NCBI GenBank assembly: GCA_963695095.1
Contig: CAVOFT010000001.1
Coordinates: forward strand, 2,144,001 to 2,208,000
Direction: 5' to 3'
Length of the DNA: 64,000 nucleotides
Source: an uncultured bacterium
GTDB taxonomy: Bacteria > Krumholzibacteriota > Krumholzibacteriia > JACNKJ01
The notes under the pieces: model-generated
Seen by the model: only the letters and a program-made list of their open reading frames with translations
The model's database searches: none
Told to the model about the DNA's origin: nothing
Made by a program: the position numbers and the translations under genes
Part shown: positions 14,801 to 23,554 of the stretch, piece by piece
Layout: each line of letters begins with the position of its first letter
Position numbering within the stretch: the first letter of the stretch is position 1

Positions 14801-15225
14801 TCGACGCGCGTGAGCCAGGCGGGCAGGGTGTCGGCGGCCGCCATGAACTTGCCGTCCACCGGGATCGTGGTCAGGTCGGGACGGCGGTTCTCGCGAAAGG
14901 CGAGCAGGCAGACCATCACCCGCGCCGTGTCGGGCAGGCCGGCCCGCGCGGCCACGGCCGCCTCGGGATCGGGCAGGGCCAGGACTCGCTTCAGTCCGGC
15001 CGTGAGCGCCTCCACCTCGGCGAGGCGCTCGGCGCGCAGGCGGGCCGCCGGATCGGCGCTTGCGGGCGCTCGCTCGCCGCGGGCTCCGGCGAGGGGCAGC
15101 CAGCGCTCGCCGGCCGCGGGCCCACTCCAGGCAATGAGGATGGCGAGCGCCAGCGCCGCCGTCCCCCTGCCGAGGGCCCGGATGCCGCCGGGCCGTCCCG
15201 GAGTCCGCGCGCCGCGCTTGAGCAC
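11887..15225 (-). CDS. M6/immune inhibitor A-like metalloprotease with FG-GAP-like repeats and T9SS type A C-terminal sorting domain
   Basis: HEFGHQLDLADTY zinc motif, WDLMDSG, EYFLLENRQ, DLDGDG repeats, CTD FYPNPA...LAAGVYFGRI...RRLAVLR. Confidence 0.9.
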   Translation of the reverse strand: MLKRGARTPGRPGGIRALGRGTAALALAILIAWSGPAAGERWLPLAGARGERAPASADPAARLRAERLAEVEALTAGLKRVLALPDPEAAVAARAGLPDTARVMVCLLAFRENRRPDLTTIPVDGKFMAAADTLPAWLTRVDPPPHDAAYFDAHMRAMREFYRIQSYGRLVIDWDIVAGPAADGGLFLLPDIADYGPGEPGDFWTLELLEAFVRTAVDSIDAALQAQAGGPRFADYDHVMVFHAGSDLQNDIFGDSPNDLPSFNIFFGDPPLVDGGSRPLGSVLLLPETTTQDTDPASPVYGALNAVTAHEFGHQLDLADTYNTYWGWPSVGYWDLMDSGHQILFGFQTAEDPDNPIYVYGALPTSFAIWHRMLLGWVEAGDASLARPGGGEHEVTLTACNVQEPGGVKALRLDLSEREYFLLENRQELLFRGNRYVKRDGDTGVFQFVSKDFPAYPDSAENSGEYDLFLPQSGLLAWHVDERNFETLYPLNIINLDGDKHVSLVEADGTADLGDPYSFEWRGGDRDPFYTGNVTEWLETGVPDTRLRDGTASGFRLTELVTSPYLLSDAFVDSTISFRIARAGVPEGLPRDDREAVADVLAVLPAAGSLLPLVDGASLWLGYAMDSLDPDTLLQTHLLFSGSAANAEPPLAPQPPRRLSSTLAGSALLEAPGLGEPAWFLLTSDSLLAWGPEVAGAVPEALFGLELPAAPASLPLALLDAETASARLLWLGEDELLYLLPLSYRRGALAPGPLNALSLDPPARRGRAGVSAPLVRVETAAGTRVGVAVDDTLSLVDPFGAAATSRLGLPDPGEGPFWIRPLDLDGDGFESPDELFWIHVDGRAVTLGEEGWTPRFAAPLAGDRLSADPAVADLDGDGQPEFLLAAGDRVHRLSPEGFAYADWPLRLGELADLDPPMRLGSGLRAADMTGDGIAELILFGDSGHLIVVGASGRPLLGTPRSLAAAPVQDLISLGGQVFAISRDGFLLGFTGAATPAAPEWGAGGGGFAREGRWQRQHPIQDLANLDSEGWLFYPNPAASNCRLHHPAVPAGTRVRLELFDLEGQLKFTREAIAATDGPFEIPLELRSLAAGVYFGRIESAGKHSLRRLAVLR

Positions 15226-15237
15226 AGTGCCTCCCGG

Positions 15238-16221
15238 CTAGAAGAGCATCTCGAAGGAGAAGCGGTGGACGCGGTCCAGTCCCTTGGCCTGCGGGATATT
15301 GCCGTAGTCGAGGAAGAAGTCCTTGCCGCCCAGCTTCGTGTGGAAGCCGCCGCCGTAGGTGAACTCCTCGATGTCGCCGTCCGGGTCGTGGATGCGGCCG
15401 ATGCGCAGGGCCATGATATCCGTGTACTGCAGCTCGGTGCCGCCATTGAGCGTGGTCTGGCCGCCCGAGACCAGCAGCTTGTTGAAATCGGCGCTGAGCA
15501 GCACGTGGCCGTACTCGCTCTGATAGACGAGCCCGGCGGCGCCGACGCGGAAGAAGCGGGGCAGCGGGTCGCTCTGCTCGGCGTCGATGAAGCTGATGTT
15601 GGGACCGAAGTTCGTCAGCGCGAGGCCGGCGCTGTAGGGTCCGAAGCGGCGCAGGACGCCGAGGTCGACGGCCACCGAGCCGCCGGCGCCGTCGCCGGCA
15701 CCCGGATCGGGCACGCTGGAGGCGGGCGCCAGATCCACGCGCACGTACTTGATGCCGAGGCCGACCGCCGTGTTCTCGTCCAGGCGCACGCCGTAGCTGA
15801 GGGCGGGCGAGAACTCGTAGCTCTTGAAGGTGCCCTCGGGATCGGGGCTGTCGGTGGTCTTCACGCTCTCGCCGTAAGAGAGGTAGACGAGGCTGAGCGA
15901 GTAGGTGCCCCAGCCCTCGAGCTGCTGCACCCAGCCGGCGTACTCGTAGTAGATATCATCGGCCAGATCGGGCACGAGCTGGCTGTGCATCAGCCCCAGC
16001 GTGCGCCCCGACATGAAGCCCAGGCCGGCCGGGTTCCACCAGGCGGCCGTGGCGTCGTCCGCGAGGGCGACGCCGCTCTGCCCGAGCCCGTTGAAGCGAG
16101 CGCTCGGCGGAATCTGGAGGCTCGCCGCGCCGGCCAGGCTGGCCAGGGCGCTTCCCGTCGGCGCCGACAGGAAGAGCAAGGTCAGCAGGGTGGCAAGGGA
16201 GGCAGTGAGGGTCCGGTTCAT
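15238..16221 (-). CDS. porV: PorV/PorQ family outer membrane protein (T9SS shuttle)
   Basis: LQIPPSARFNGLG..VALADDATAAWWNPAGL motif, LTNFGPNISF..QSDPLP, HRFSFEMLF; GGAGG RBS; adjacent to porU. Confidence 0.88.
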   Translation of the reverse strand: MNRTLTASLATLLTLLFLSAPTGSALASLAGAASLQIPPSARFNGLGQSGVALADDATAAWWNPAGLGFMSGRTLGLMHSQLVPDLADDIYYEYAGWVQQLEGWGTYSLSLVYLSYGESVKTTDSPDPEGTFKSYEFSPALSYGVRLDENTAVGLGIKYVRVDLAPASSVPDPGAGDGAGGSVAVDLGVLRRFGPYSAGLALTNFGPNISFIDAEQSDPLPRFFRVGAAGLVYQSEYGHVLLSADFNKLLVSGGQTTLNGGTELQYTDIMALRIGRIHDPDGDIEEFTYGGGFHTKLGGKDFFLDYGNIPQAKGLDRVHRFSFEMLF

Positions 16222-16254
16222 GCAGGTCGTCCTCCAAAAGGGTTGATATCGCAC

Positions 16255-16284
16255 AATATAGGCTCCTCGGCGGGCAGGGGTCAA
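16255..16284 (-). promoter_or_regulatory. Internal sigma70-type promoter for porV and downstream genes
   Basis: TTGACC-18 bp-TATATT. Confidence 0.6.
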
Positions 16285-16286
16285 GG

Positions 16287-19200
16287 TCACTCCCGCATGC
16301 GCACGAGGGCGCCGGTCTGCTCACGACGCCGCGCGGCATTGTCCGCGTAGGTCGCCACGAGGCGGTACAAGTAGGTGCCGTTCGCCACTTCGTCACCGAC
16401 GGCATCCCGGCCGTCCCAGTCGAGAGCGTAGCGGCCCGGCTCCGGGCAGTCCCGCTCGAGGCGCCGCAGGCGCCGCCCCGAGACGGTGTACAGATCCAGA
16501 CTCACTCGGCCCGGAGCGGTGAGTTCGAAGCTGATCGCGCAGTGGCCGCGGAAGGGGTTCGGGAAGGGCTGCACCGCGACCAGATCGGCTCGGCCCGCCT
16601 CGAAGAGCTCCACGCGCAGGGTGTCGCGGCCCACGTTGCCCAGATTGTCGGCCACGGAGGCGACGAGGGTGTTGCGCCCCGCCGGCAGGCTCGCCGGCAG
16701 GAGGGCCGCCACGCTGCCGGCGGTGGCGCTGCCCAGCTCGTACTCGAAGCGATCGGTGAGATTGTCGATCTGGCCCGTCTCGACGAACTCGACGAAGATG
16801 GCATTCTGCGGATGCGCCCCCACCAGGTTGATGCCCGAACTTGCGGCGGCGCTCAGCGTGTAGCCGCTGCCCGGCGTGGCGTGGGTGGCCCCGCCGGCCA
16901 GGGCCAGGGCGACCGTGGGCGCCTCGCCGGCCGGCGGCAGGATGCCGGGCAGCACGGCAAGGGAGTCCAGCACGCCCACGGCCGCTTCGTCCGTGGCCGG
17001 GCTCACCGCATAGGCGCGGACGCGGCCGTAGCTGCCGAGCGCGGAGTCCGGCAGCCCGGGCACGAAGCAGGCCGGCGTCTCGAAGCGGCCGTCGCGCACC
17101 TGCACCCGCCCGCGGAAGATCTCCGGGCCGAGCAGGTGGTAGTCGACATGCACCGTGCCGCCGCCGTAGAGGGGCCGCTCGAAGCCGCTGGTGTCCGCCG
17201 AGGCGCGCACGCTCAGGTCGAGCTCGCCGTTGAAGTCCGGCGCCAGCAGGCCCTCGCGTAGAATCCGGCCGCTGAGCGCCAGGGTGCCGCCGACCTTGAG
17301 CGTGTCCGCGCCGCCCGGCGCAAGCTCCACGCTCAGACGCGGGGTCAGCAGGGCCAGCGAGGGATCGCCGAGAATGGCGTAGCGCTCGTTGTTGGGACCC
17401 TGGTTCTGGGCGTAGTCGACCCTCTGCACGCGCACCTTGGCCCGGAGCAGCGCGGCGCCGACCGGCACGCGGGCGCCGATCTCACCTCCCGGGAAGAGCT
17501 CGGCGAGGAAGTTGCGGTTGAGCACGTTGTTGAAGCCCGCCGTCGACAGGTCGCTGGATGCCATCGTGGCAATGGCGCCGCCCTGGGCGAGGCCGACCAT
17601 CTCCTCGCTCATGCTCCGGCCCTGCGTGTCGTCGAACTTGCCCACGTTGCAGGAGGCGGAGATGAACAGGTAGCGCCGGTTGCCGTTGGCGAGGGAGGCC
17701 AGGCGCGTCGAGAGCAGCAGCTGCTCGTCGGAGAGCACGTCGTTGCCGCCGTGGCCGACGTAGTTGAAGATGAGCACCCCCGCATCGAGCGCCTGGAAGA
17801 GGGCGTTCTGCGGCGCCGGCTTGAAGCCCGCGTAGTCGCAGTCCCACTCGCACATGTAGATCTTTTCGATGTCGAGCACGGGCGGAATGGCGCGCGCGAC
17901 GAGCACCTCGGCCTGTCCGGTATGGTCGATGGTGTCGATGTCGTCGCACTGCTTCGTGTAGTCGTCGGTGGCCAGCACCATGCGGTTGCGCCAGGCGCCG
18001 GCCGGAGCGTCGCGTTCGTAGCCGATGACGGCATCCACCATCTGCTCGGCCGCCGCGGCGGATGCGGCCGGCAGCCGGCCCACCGCGAGATCGGGGATGG
18101 CCAGGCGCAGCGAGTCGTCCTCCTCGTCCATGTAGGCGAAGTAGTCGTCGGTCGTGTAGGCGTAGCTCGCCTGCTCGATGCGGAAGCGGTCGCTGAGGGC
18201 CGGCACGAGTGCGTTGCTGACGTCGCCGCGCACTTCGCGGCCGAGGAAGTTGCGATAATCAGTGCTCGCATCGCCGAGCAGGAGCACGTAGGTCAGGCGG
18301 CTCGCCGGCGCCTCGTAGCGGTACTTGAGGAAGTTGCGCAGAGCGGCCGGATCCTGCATGCCGCTGCCGAAGTTCGCGTAGATGTCGCCGATGCCCACCA
18401 CCTCCACCTCGCCCTGGCCGAGCAGGGGGAAGTGCCCACGGCGCCAGGCGGCGTAGCGCTGGGCGGCACTCATGAAGCCGCTGTCGCCGGCTCCATCGAG
18501 CTTGCCGTCGAAGGCGACCACGATCATGTGCGGCGTCGCGTCGTGGCGCAGCGGCGTCGGACTCTGCGCGAGCAGGCGCACGGGACTGCGGTAGTTGACC
18601 GGGGCCGCGGGATCCACCAGCCAGAGGCGGCGGCGCTGGGCCGTGTCCACCCCGAGGACGAGGCTGTCCCCCGCCCAGACGCCGCCCGTCAGCAGCGCCG
18701 GCGCGAGCGGATCGCTGAGGTCCCAGACATCGGGCGGATGGGCCCAGCCGCTGGCCGCGACGCGCGCCCTCGCCTGCGTGGCCGGTACGTGGAGCTCCAG
18801 GGGCGCCGAGCCGCGGCTGCGCGCGCGCGTTGCGTAGAAGAGCTCGTACCAGAGCAGCCAGCCGAAATCGTTCGCCAGGCCCAGCGGCGGATCCCGCGGC
18901 AGGCGCAGCGTGAAGCGGGCCTGGGCGTCGCCCTCGAGGTCGGCCGGCAGGGGCAGCGTGCCCTCGACGACGGCCATGCTGAGCGAACTCGTGATGCTGA
19001 TGCTTGCGTCGACGAAGCGGTGCGTCGGATCGCTGGGATCCGCCCCCGTGCCCGCCGGCGTGATGAAGCCCTGCAGGTGATGCGGCCCGCTCAGGCCGTT
19101 CCGGCGATCCGCGTCGAAGCCGATGCGCAGCCGCGCCGGCTCGCCGGCGGCGGGCCAGGCAAAGGCGAAGTTCTCGGCGAAGCTCGTGGGGCCATCGCCG

Positions 19201-20249
19201 GGAAAGAAGTAGCTCCAGGCCCAGCCGTCCTCGTGCAGCTCCTCGGAGGAGTACTCGGCGTTCTCCTCGCGGTGGAGTCGCGCCGGAAACACGGCCAGCG
19301 GCGTCTCGTCGCCCTGGGGCGCCGCATCGCGACCGGCCACGCGCAGACCGGCGCCGCCGCCCCAGGTGAGGTAGTAGGTGGCCCAGCCCGTGTAGGGATT
19401 GCGCAGGTAGCTCTGGAAGTCGGCGCCGGCGACGACCTCGTCGCGGAAGCCGTCCACGCCCGGCAGGTAGGCGATCAACTCGGTGTTCGGATTCAGGGTC
19501 GTCCCGCCCTTGACGAGCAGGGGCAGTTCCTGCGGCTGCCAGCCCCGCTCCCAGGAGCCCCCGGGCCAGTCGAGACGGAAGGGCTGCGGCCGACCGCCGC
19601 TGCCCAGGAGCCGAAAGCTCGCGAGCTCGATGCCGGGAGCGATGCCGGCGCTGACGAGATCGGCGTAGCGCAGCCGGTACAGGCCGCCGGCCCGCAGGTC
19701 CAGGCGCAGCCAGCGGCCGCTGCCGTCGAAGATCTCGTCGCCCTCTCGAGATCCGGCGCCCCGGGCGAGAGCGGCTCCTCCGGCCGGCGCGGCGACGGCG
19801 TTCACGAGCAGCCCCGCGAGCAGGGGATCCGCGTTCGGGCCTGGGCTCGTGGCCGGCAGCGTGGCGTCGAAGGCCAGGCGGATTTCGGCCTCGCGCCAGG
19901 CGCCCGCGGGCGGCAGGAAACGCAGGCGGCCCACGCGCTGGCGCCGGTAGACTGCCGGCGGGGCGAGGGCGAGGTGGACATCCACCGCGACCGCAGCGCC
20001 GTCGATGCGCAGACCCTCGGCGCGCCAGCCGCCCTGGTCGGGCAGCGCGACGACCAGATCCAGCGGCTCGCCCGCAGCAGCGCCAGGCGCGGCCCTCAAG
20101 GTGAGGCGTGCGCTGCGCCCCTCGCCCTGCCAGCTGAAATCGGCGGCCACGGCGGCCACGGCGGGCCGGCCGGCGGAGAGGTGGATGCTGAGCGCCAGCA
20201 GGAGCGGCGTCCAGGGGAGCAGCCGGCGGCTGGGCTCAGTCGTTCGCAT
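16287..20249 (-). CDS. porU: T9SS sortase PorU (gingipain C25 family) with C-terminal FlgD-Ig/CTD
   Basis: IYANFGSGMQDPAALRNFLKY, YVLLLGDASTD, DLAVGRLP, NYVGHG and SCNVGKFD His/Cys dyad, ILGDP, PFPNPF...WDGRD...VANGTYLYRL. Confidence 0.92.
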   Translation of the reverse strand: MRTTEPSRRLLPWTPLLLALSIHLSAGRPAVAAVAADFSWQGEGRSARLTLRAAPGAAAGEPLDLVVALPDQGGWRAEGLRIDGAAVAVDVHLALAPPAVYRRQRVGRLRFLPPAGAWREAEIRLAFDATLPATSPGPNADPLLAGLLVNAVAAPAGGAALARGAGSREGDEIFDGSGRWLRLDLRAGGLYRLRYADLVSAGIAPGIELASFRLLGSGGRPQPFRLDWPGGSWERGWQPQELPLLVKGGTTLNPNTELIAYLPGVDGFRDEVVAGADFQSYLRNPYTGWATYYLTWGGGAGLRVAGRDAAPQGDETPLAVFPARLHREENAEYSSEELHEDGWAWSYFFPGDGPTSFAENFAFAWPAAGEPARLRIGFDADRRNGLSGPHHLQGFITPAGTGADPSDPTHRFVDASISITSSLSMAVVEGTLPLPADLEGDAQARFTLRLPRDPPLGLANDFGWLLWYELFYATRARSRGSAPLELHVPATQARARVAASGWAHPPDVWDLSDPLAPALLTGGVWAGDSLVLGVDTAQRRRLWLVDPAAPVNYRSPVRLLAQSPTPLRHDATPHMIVVAFDGKLDGAGDSGFMSAAQRYAAWRRGHFPLLGQGEVEVVGIGDIYANFGSGMQDPAALRNFLKYRYEAPASRLTYVLLLGDASTDYRNFLGREVRGDVSNALVPALSDRFRIEQASYAYTTDDYFAYMDEEDDSLRLAIPDLAVGRLPAASAAAAEQMVDAVIGYERDAPAGAWRNRMVLATDDYTKQCDDIDTIDHTGQAEVLVARAIPPVLDIEKIYMCEWDCDYAGFKPAPQNALFQALDAGVLIFNYVGHGGNDVLSDEQLLLSTRLASLANGNRRYLFISASCNVGKFDDTQGRSMSEEMVGLAQGGAIATMASSDLSTAGFNNVLNRNFLAELFPGGEIGARVPVGAALLRAKVRVQRVDYAQNQGPNNERYAILGDPSLALLTPRLSVELAPGGADTLKVGGTLALSGRILREGLLAPDFNGELDLSVRASADTSGFERPLYGGGTVHVDYHLLGPEIFRGRVQVRDGRFETPACFVPGLPDSALGSYGRVRAYAVSPATDEAAVGVLDSLAVLPGILPPAGEAPTVALALAGGATHATPGSGYTLSAAASSGINLVGAHPQNAIFVEFVETGQIDNLTDRFEYELGSATAGSVAALLPASLPAGRNTLVASVADNLGNVGRDTLRVELFEAGRADLVAVQPFPNPFRGHCAISFELTAPGRVSLDLYTVSGRRLRRLERDCPEPGRYALDWDGRDAVGDEVANGTYLYRLVATYADNAARRREQTGALVRMRE

Positions 20250-20415
20250 GCATGCTCCTGGCGCTCTCCGGCAGCAGATCGGCGATGCCGTCCACGATGG
20301 GATAGAGGAGGCGGCACTGGTCGCAGGCCAGTTCGGCCCGCTCCGACAGGTGGCGCAGGCCCTGCCGGCAGCGTGGACAGGCGAGGATGGCCAGGAGTTC
20401 CCGGTCGAAGTCCAT
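20236..20415 (-). CDS. Trm112/YcaR family protein
   Basis: LLAILACPRC...LACDQCRLLYPIVDGIADLL; overlaps the porU start. Confidence 0.9.
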   Translation of the reverse strand: MDFDRELLAILACPRCRQGLRHLSERAELACDQCRLLYPIVDGIADLLPESARSMHAND

Positions 20416-20605
20416 GCGCGCGCTCCCTGGCCGGCCGGGAACCGGCGGCACCGGCCCTGGCAGGCAGACTGAAGCCTCTCGCCCTGAGCAATTCACGGCG
20501 ATTCTTAGAGGAGACAGGGGAGTCGGGCAAGCCCGAAAATCGGGACCCCCCGCCAGGGGGGCGCAGTGACTGGTCTGCAAAGAATAGGGCTTCCGGCGCC
20601 CGGAA

Positions 20606-21574
20606 TCAAGCGGGACCCTGCTCCCGGAACACGCCCATCCGCCCGAACTTGGCCACGCGGGCCTCGACCAGCTCCTCGGGCCGGCGCCCCTGCAGGGTCG
20701 CCAGCTCCTCGACCAGGGCGCGGGCGAGCAGAATCGCCATCCCGTCGGGGTCCCGGTGCGCGCCGCCCTCGGGCTCGCCGATGATGCGGTCGATCACGCC
20801 CTGTTCGGCCAGGTCGCGGCTGGTCAGGCGCAGGGCCTCGGCGGCCTCCTGGCGCTGCCCGGCGTCCTTCCACAGGATCGTGGCGCAGCCCTCCGGGCTG
20901 ATCACGGCGTAGACGGCGTGCTCGAGCATGAGCACGCGGTCCCCCACCGCCAGCGCCAGCGCCCCGCCGCTGCCGCCCTCGCCCGTGATCACGCAGACGA
21001 TGGGCGTGGGCAGCAGGGCCATCTCGCGCAGATTGCGGGCGATGGCTTCGGCCTGGCCCCGCTCCTCGGCGCCGATGCCCGGGTGGGCGCCCGGCGTGTC
21101 GATGAAGGTGATCACCGGCCGTCCGTAGCGGGCGGCCAGTTCCATCAGGCGCAGGGCCTTGCGATAGCCCTCCGGGTTGGGCATGCCGAAGTTGCGGCGG
21201 ATGCTCTCGCGGGTTTCCCGGCCCTTCTGGTGGCCGATGACCATGACGGGCAGGCCCTGCAGTTCGGCCATGCCGCCCACGATGGCCGGGTCGTCGCGGT
21301 AGAGGCGATCGCCGTGCAGTTCGACGAAGTCGGTGAAGATGCGGCCGATGTAGTCGAGCGTGTAGGGCCGCGCCGGATGGCGGGCCAGCTGCACTTGCTG
21401 CCAGCGGGTGAGCTTGCCGTAGATCTGCCCGCGCAGCTTGGCGGCCTTGGCTTCGAGGCGCTCCAGTTCCTCGTCCATCTCGACGCCCTGGCCGCCGGCG
21501 AAGGCGCGCATGTCCTCGATCTGGCTCTCGAGCTCCACGAGCGGCTTTTCGAAGTCCAGGTAGGGTCCCCTCAT
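20606..21574 (-). CDS. accA: Acetyl-CoA carboxylase carboxyltransferase alpha subunit
   Basis: [36 protein letters not shown]. Confidence 0.97.
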   Translation of the reverse strand: MRGPYLDFEKPLVELESQIEDMRAFAGGQGVEMDEELERLEAKAAKLRGQIYGKLTRWQQVQLARHPARPYTLDYIGRIFTDFVELHGDRLYRDDPAIVGGMAELQGLPVMVIGHQKGRETRESIRRNFGMPNPEGYRKALRLMELAARYGRPVITFIDTPGAHPGIGAEERGQAEAIARNLREMALLPTPIVCVITGEGGSGGALALAVGDRVLMLEHAVYAVISPEGCATILWKDAGQRQEAAEALRLTSRDLAEQGVIDRIIGEPEGGAHRDPDGMAILLARALVEELATLQGRRPEELVEARVAKFGRMGVFREQGPA

Positions 21575-21590
21575 CGCGTGCCTCCCGGGC

Positions 21591-22439
21591 TCAGAAGCTG
21601 CCTTCGTAGCTGATCTCGAGCTGCCGGTCCACCGAGTCGCCGCGGCCCGCGCGGGGGCCATCCGGGTGGCGATAATTGGACAGCAGGTCGCGGAGGAAGA
21701 ACTTGAACTGGACCCCTCCGATCGCATTCCAGCGCATGCCCAGATCCAGCCAGCCCACCCCGCGTCCGTAGCGGGTGGGCTGCTCGTCCCGGCGATCGTC
21801 CAGGCCGGCGGCGAAATCGAGGATCAGCGCGAACTGACCATCGAAATCCTGCTCCAAGCCGGCGAAGAAGTCCAGCGAGGACTCATCCGTGTTCTCACCG
21901 CTGAGGTTGATGCCGCCGGTGGTGGCCACATCCGTGCCCAGGGGGCCGTACCAGTTGCGGGTGGCCGCCAGGAAGAAGCCCTTGCTCTTGCGCTCGTAGC
22001 GCTCGAGGCCTTCGTCCCAGGCGCCGTAGCCCTGGTTGTCGAAGCCGAGCACCAGGGCGGGCAGTTCCATCTCCTCCACGAGCAGCAGGCGCAGCGACAG
22101 GGCCGTGCGGTCGTTGAACTCGACCTCGCCGCGGCCGAGCAGGCCCTGCATGCCCCAGGACACGCCCACTTCCAGCCGGTCCCTGATGCCGACGCTGGTG
22201 CCGGCCACCAGGGAGCCGCCGTGCATCAGCCGGCACTCGATGCGGTAACGGCCGTGACCGAGCACGGTGGCCGTGGGGCTGTCGACGAGATTGCTGGAGC
22301 GCAGCAGGCCGCCGGAAGCGGCGGCCGAGCTGGGCGGCGCGTCATAGGCGTAGTCGGCGTTGGTCTGGCCGAGGACAGGCAGGGCGACGGCAAGGCAGGC
22401 CGCGGCCAAGAGCAGACGCAGTCGGGAGGTCCACATCAT
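21591..22439 (-). CDS. YjbH-like outer membrane beta-barrel protein
   Basis: Signal peptide; [21 protein letters not shown]; alternating beta strands; C-terminal YEGSF. Confidence 0.65.
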   Translation of the reverse strand: MMWTSRLRLLLAAACLAVALPVLGQTNADYAYDAPPSSAAASGGLLRSSNLVDSPTATVLGHGRYRIECRLMHGGSLVAGTSVGIRDRLEVGVSWGMQGLLGRGEVEFNDRTALSLRLLLVEEMELPALVLGFDNQGYGAWDEGLERYERKSKGFFLAATRNWYGPLGTDVATTGGINLSGENTDESSLDFFAGLEQDFDGQFALILDFAAGLDDRRDEQPTRYGRGVGWLDLGMRWNAIGGVQFKFFLRDLLSNYRHPDGPRAGRGDSVDRQLEISYEGSF

Positions 22440-22462
22440 CTTCCCCTTTCGGTCTGCCTCAC

Positions 22463-23551
22463 TCAAGGTAGGAACTTCTCCGTGTGCGCCAGCTTGCGCG
22501 GCAGGTACTCGTCGATGACGTAGTTGAGGCCGTGCTTGGCCAGGGCCTGCTGCTCCGCGCGCACGCCCATGCCGATCATCTGCGTGATCGCCTTCTGCCA
22601 CTGCTTGTAGTGCTGCACGAAGGGATCGTTCTTGAGCGCATCCTTGGCGCGCTTGACGTCCACGTCCTTCAGCGGGTGCGTCGGCAGCTCGTAGTCGATG
22701 ATATCCTGGGGCGTGATGCCGAGAAAGCGCGCCTGGGGCACGCAGAAGTACTCGTTCAGATGCGCCGCGTTCCCGCTGCCCACCTTCAGCGTGCGGTAGA
22801 TGTTGCTGATCCCGTAGGGGTCCCCGTCCACGAAGACGTAGACGGGCAGGCCTTTCTCGTCCGCCAGGCGGCGGATGAAGCGGCGGCAGGCGCGCGTGGG
22901 CACGCCGCCCATGCTGACCAGGATGCAGCGCGCTGTCTGCCAGTAGCCGTGCTTGACCAGGCGCTGGAACATGCCGGCCGTCTCGATGGCGAGGATGAAG
23001 GTGGCCTTCGTCTCGAAGCCGAGGTGCTCCACGCTGTTGGGAATCGAGTAGGCGCCGCTGCCGAACTTGGTGCAGTCGATGCGCAGCTTCTTGCCCGAGG
23101 CCGGATCGCGGTCGATCACCACCAGCGCGCCCGCGACCTCGCCGCCCTTCTCCTCGGGGATGAAGCCGAGCTGTTCGCGATTGACGCCGAAGAGCGCCTC
23201 GACGTCGTCCATCACCGTGTCGCTCTCGGGCTGCTCGTGGAAGCGCGCCTCGCCCCAGTTCTTGGAGACGTAGTAGGCCTCTCGCTTGGTGGCGATGTCG
23301 TCGGACTCGACGAGCTGCTTGGACAGGGCCATCATCTTCAGGGTCTGGGCGAAGGACTTCACCGTGCTCACGGTGAGCGTGCGCTCCTTGCGCGCGGCCT
23401 TCATCGTGAAGTGGCCGCGCGCGGCATCGTAGCGCACGTTGCCCAGGCTGCGGATGGGGAAGCGCAGGGTGGGCTTGCCGCCGGCGGCGGCGCTCTTCTC
23501 CACCAGGCGCGCCTGCTCCTTGATCTTCTTGACGACGGGTCCAGCGGCCAC
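22463..23551 (-). CDS. top6A: DNA topoisomerase VI subunit A (Spo11 homologue)
   Basis: TKREAYY catalytic Tyr, QPESDTVMDDVE, TOPRIM ILAIETAG and FVDGDPYG, AEQQAL. Confidence 0.95.
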   Translation of the reverse strand: MAAGPVVKKIKEQARLVEKSAAAGGKPTLRFPIRSLGNVRYDAARGHFTMKAARKERTLTVSTVKSFAQTLKMMALSKQLVESDDIATKREAYYVSKNWGEARFHEQPESDTVMDDVEALFGVNREQLGFIPEEKGGEVAGALVVIDRDPASGKKLRIDCTKFGSGAYSIPNSVEHLGFETKATFILAIETAGMFQRLVKHGYWQTARCILVSMGGVPTRACRRFIRRLADEKGLPVYVFVDGDPYGISNIYRTLKVGSGNAAHLNEYFCVPQARFLGITPQDIIDYELPTHPLKDVDVKRAKDALKNDPFVQHYKQWQKAITQMIGMGVRAEQQALAKHGLNYVIDEYLPRKLAHTEKFLP

Positions 23552-23554
23552 GGC

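Noticed and set aside
11917..16350. 1477-aa plus-strand ORF (and similar long ORFs at 2001-4316, 17751-20912, 28633-31743, 57245-60079)
   Set aside because: Antisense shadows of well-supported minus-strand genes; high GC suppresses stop codons and the translations have no recognisable motifs.
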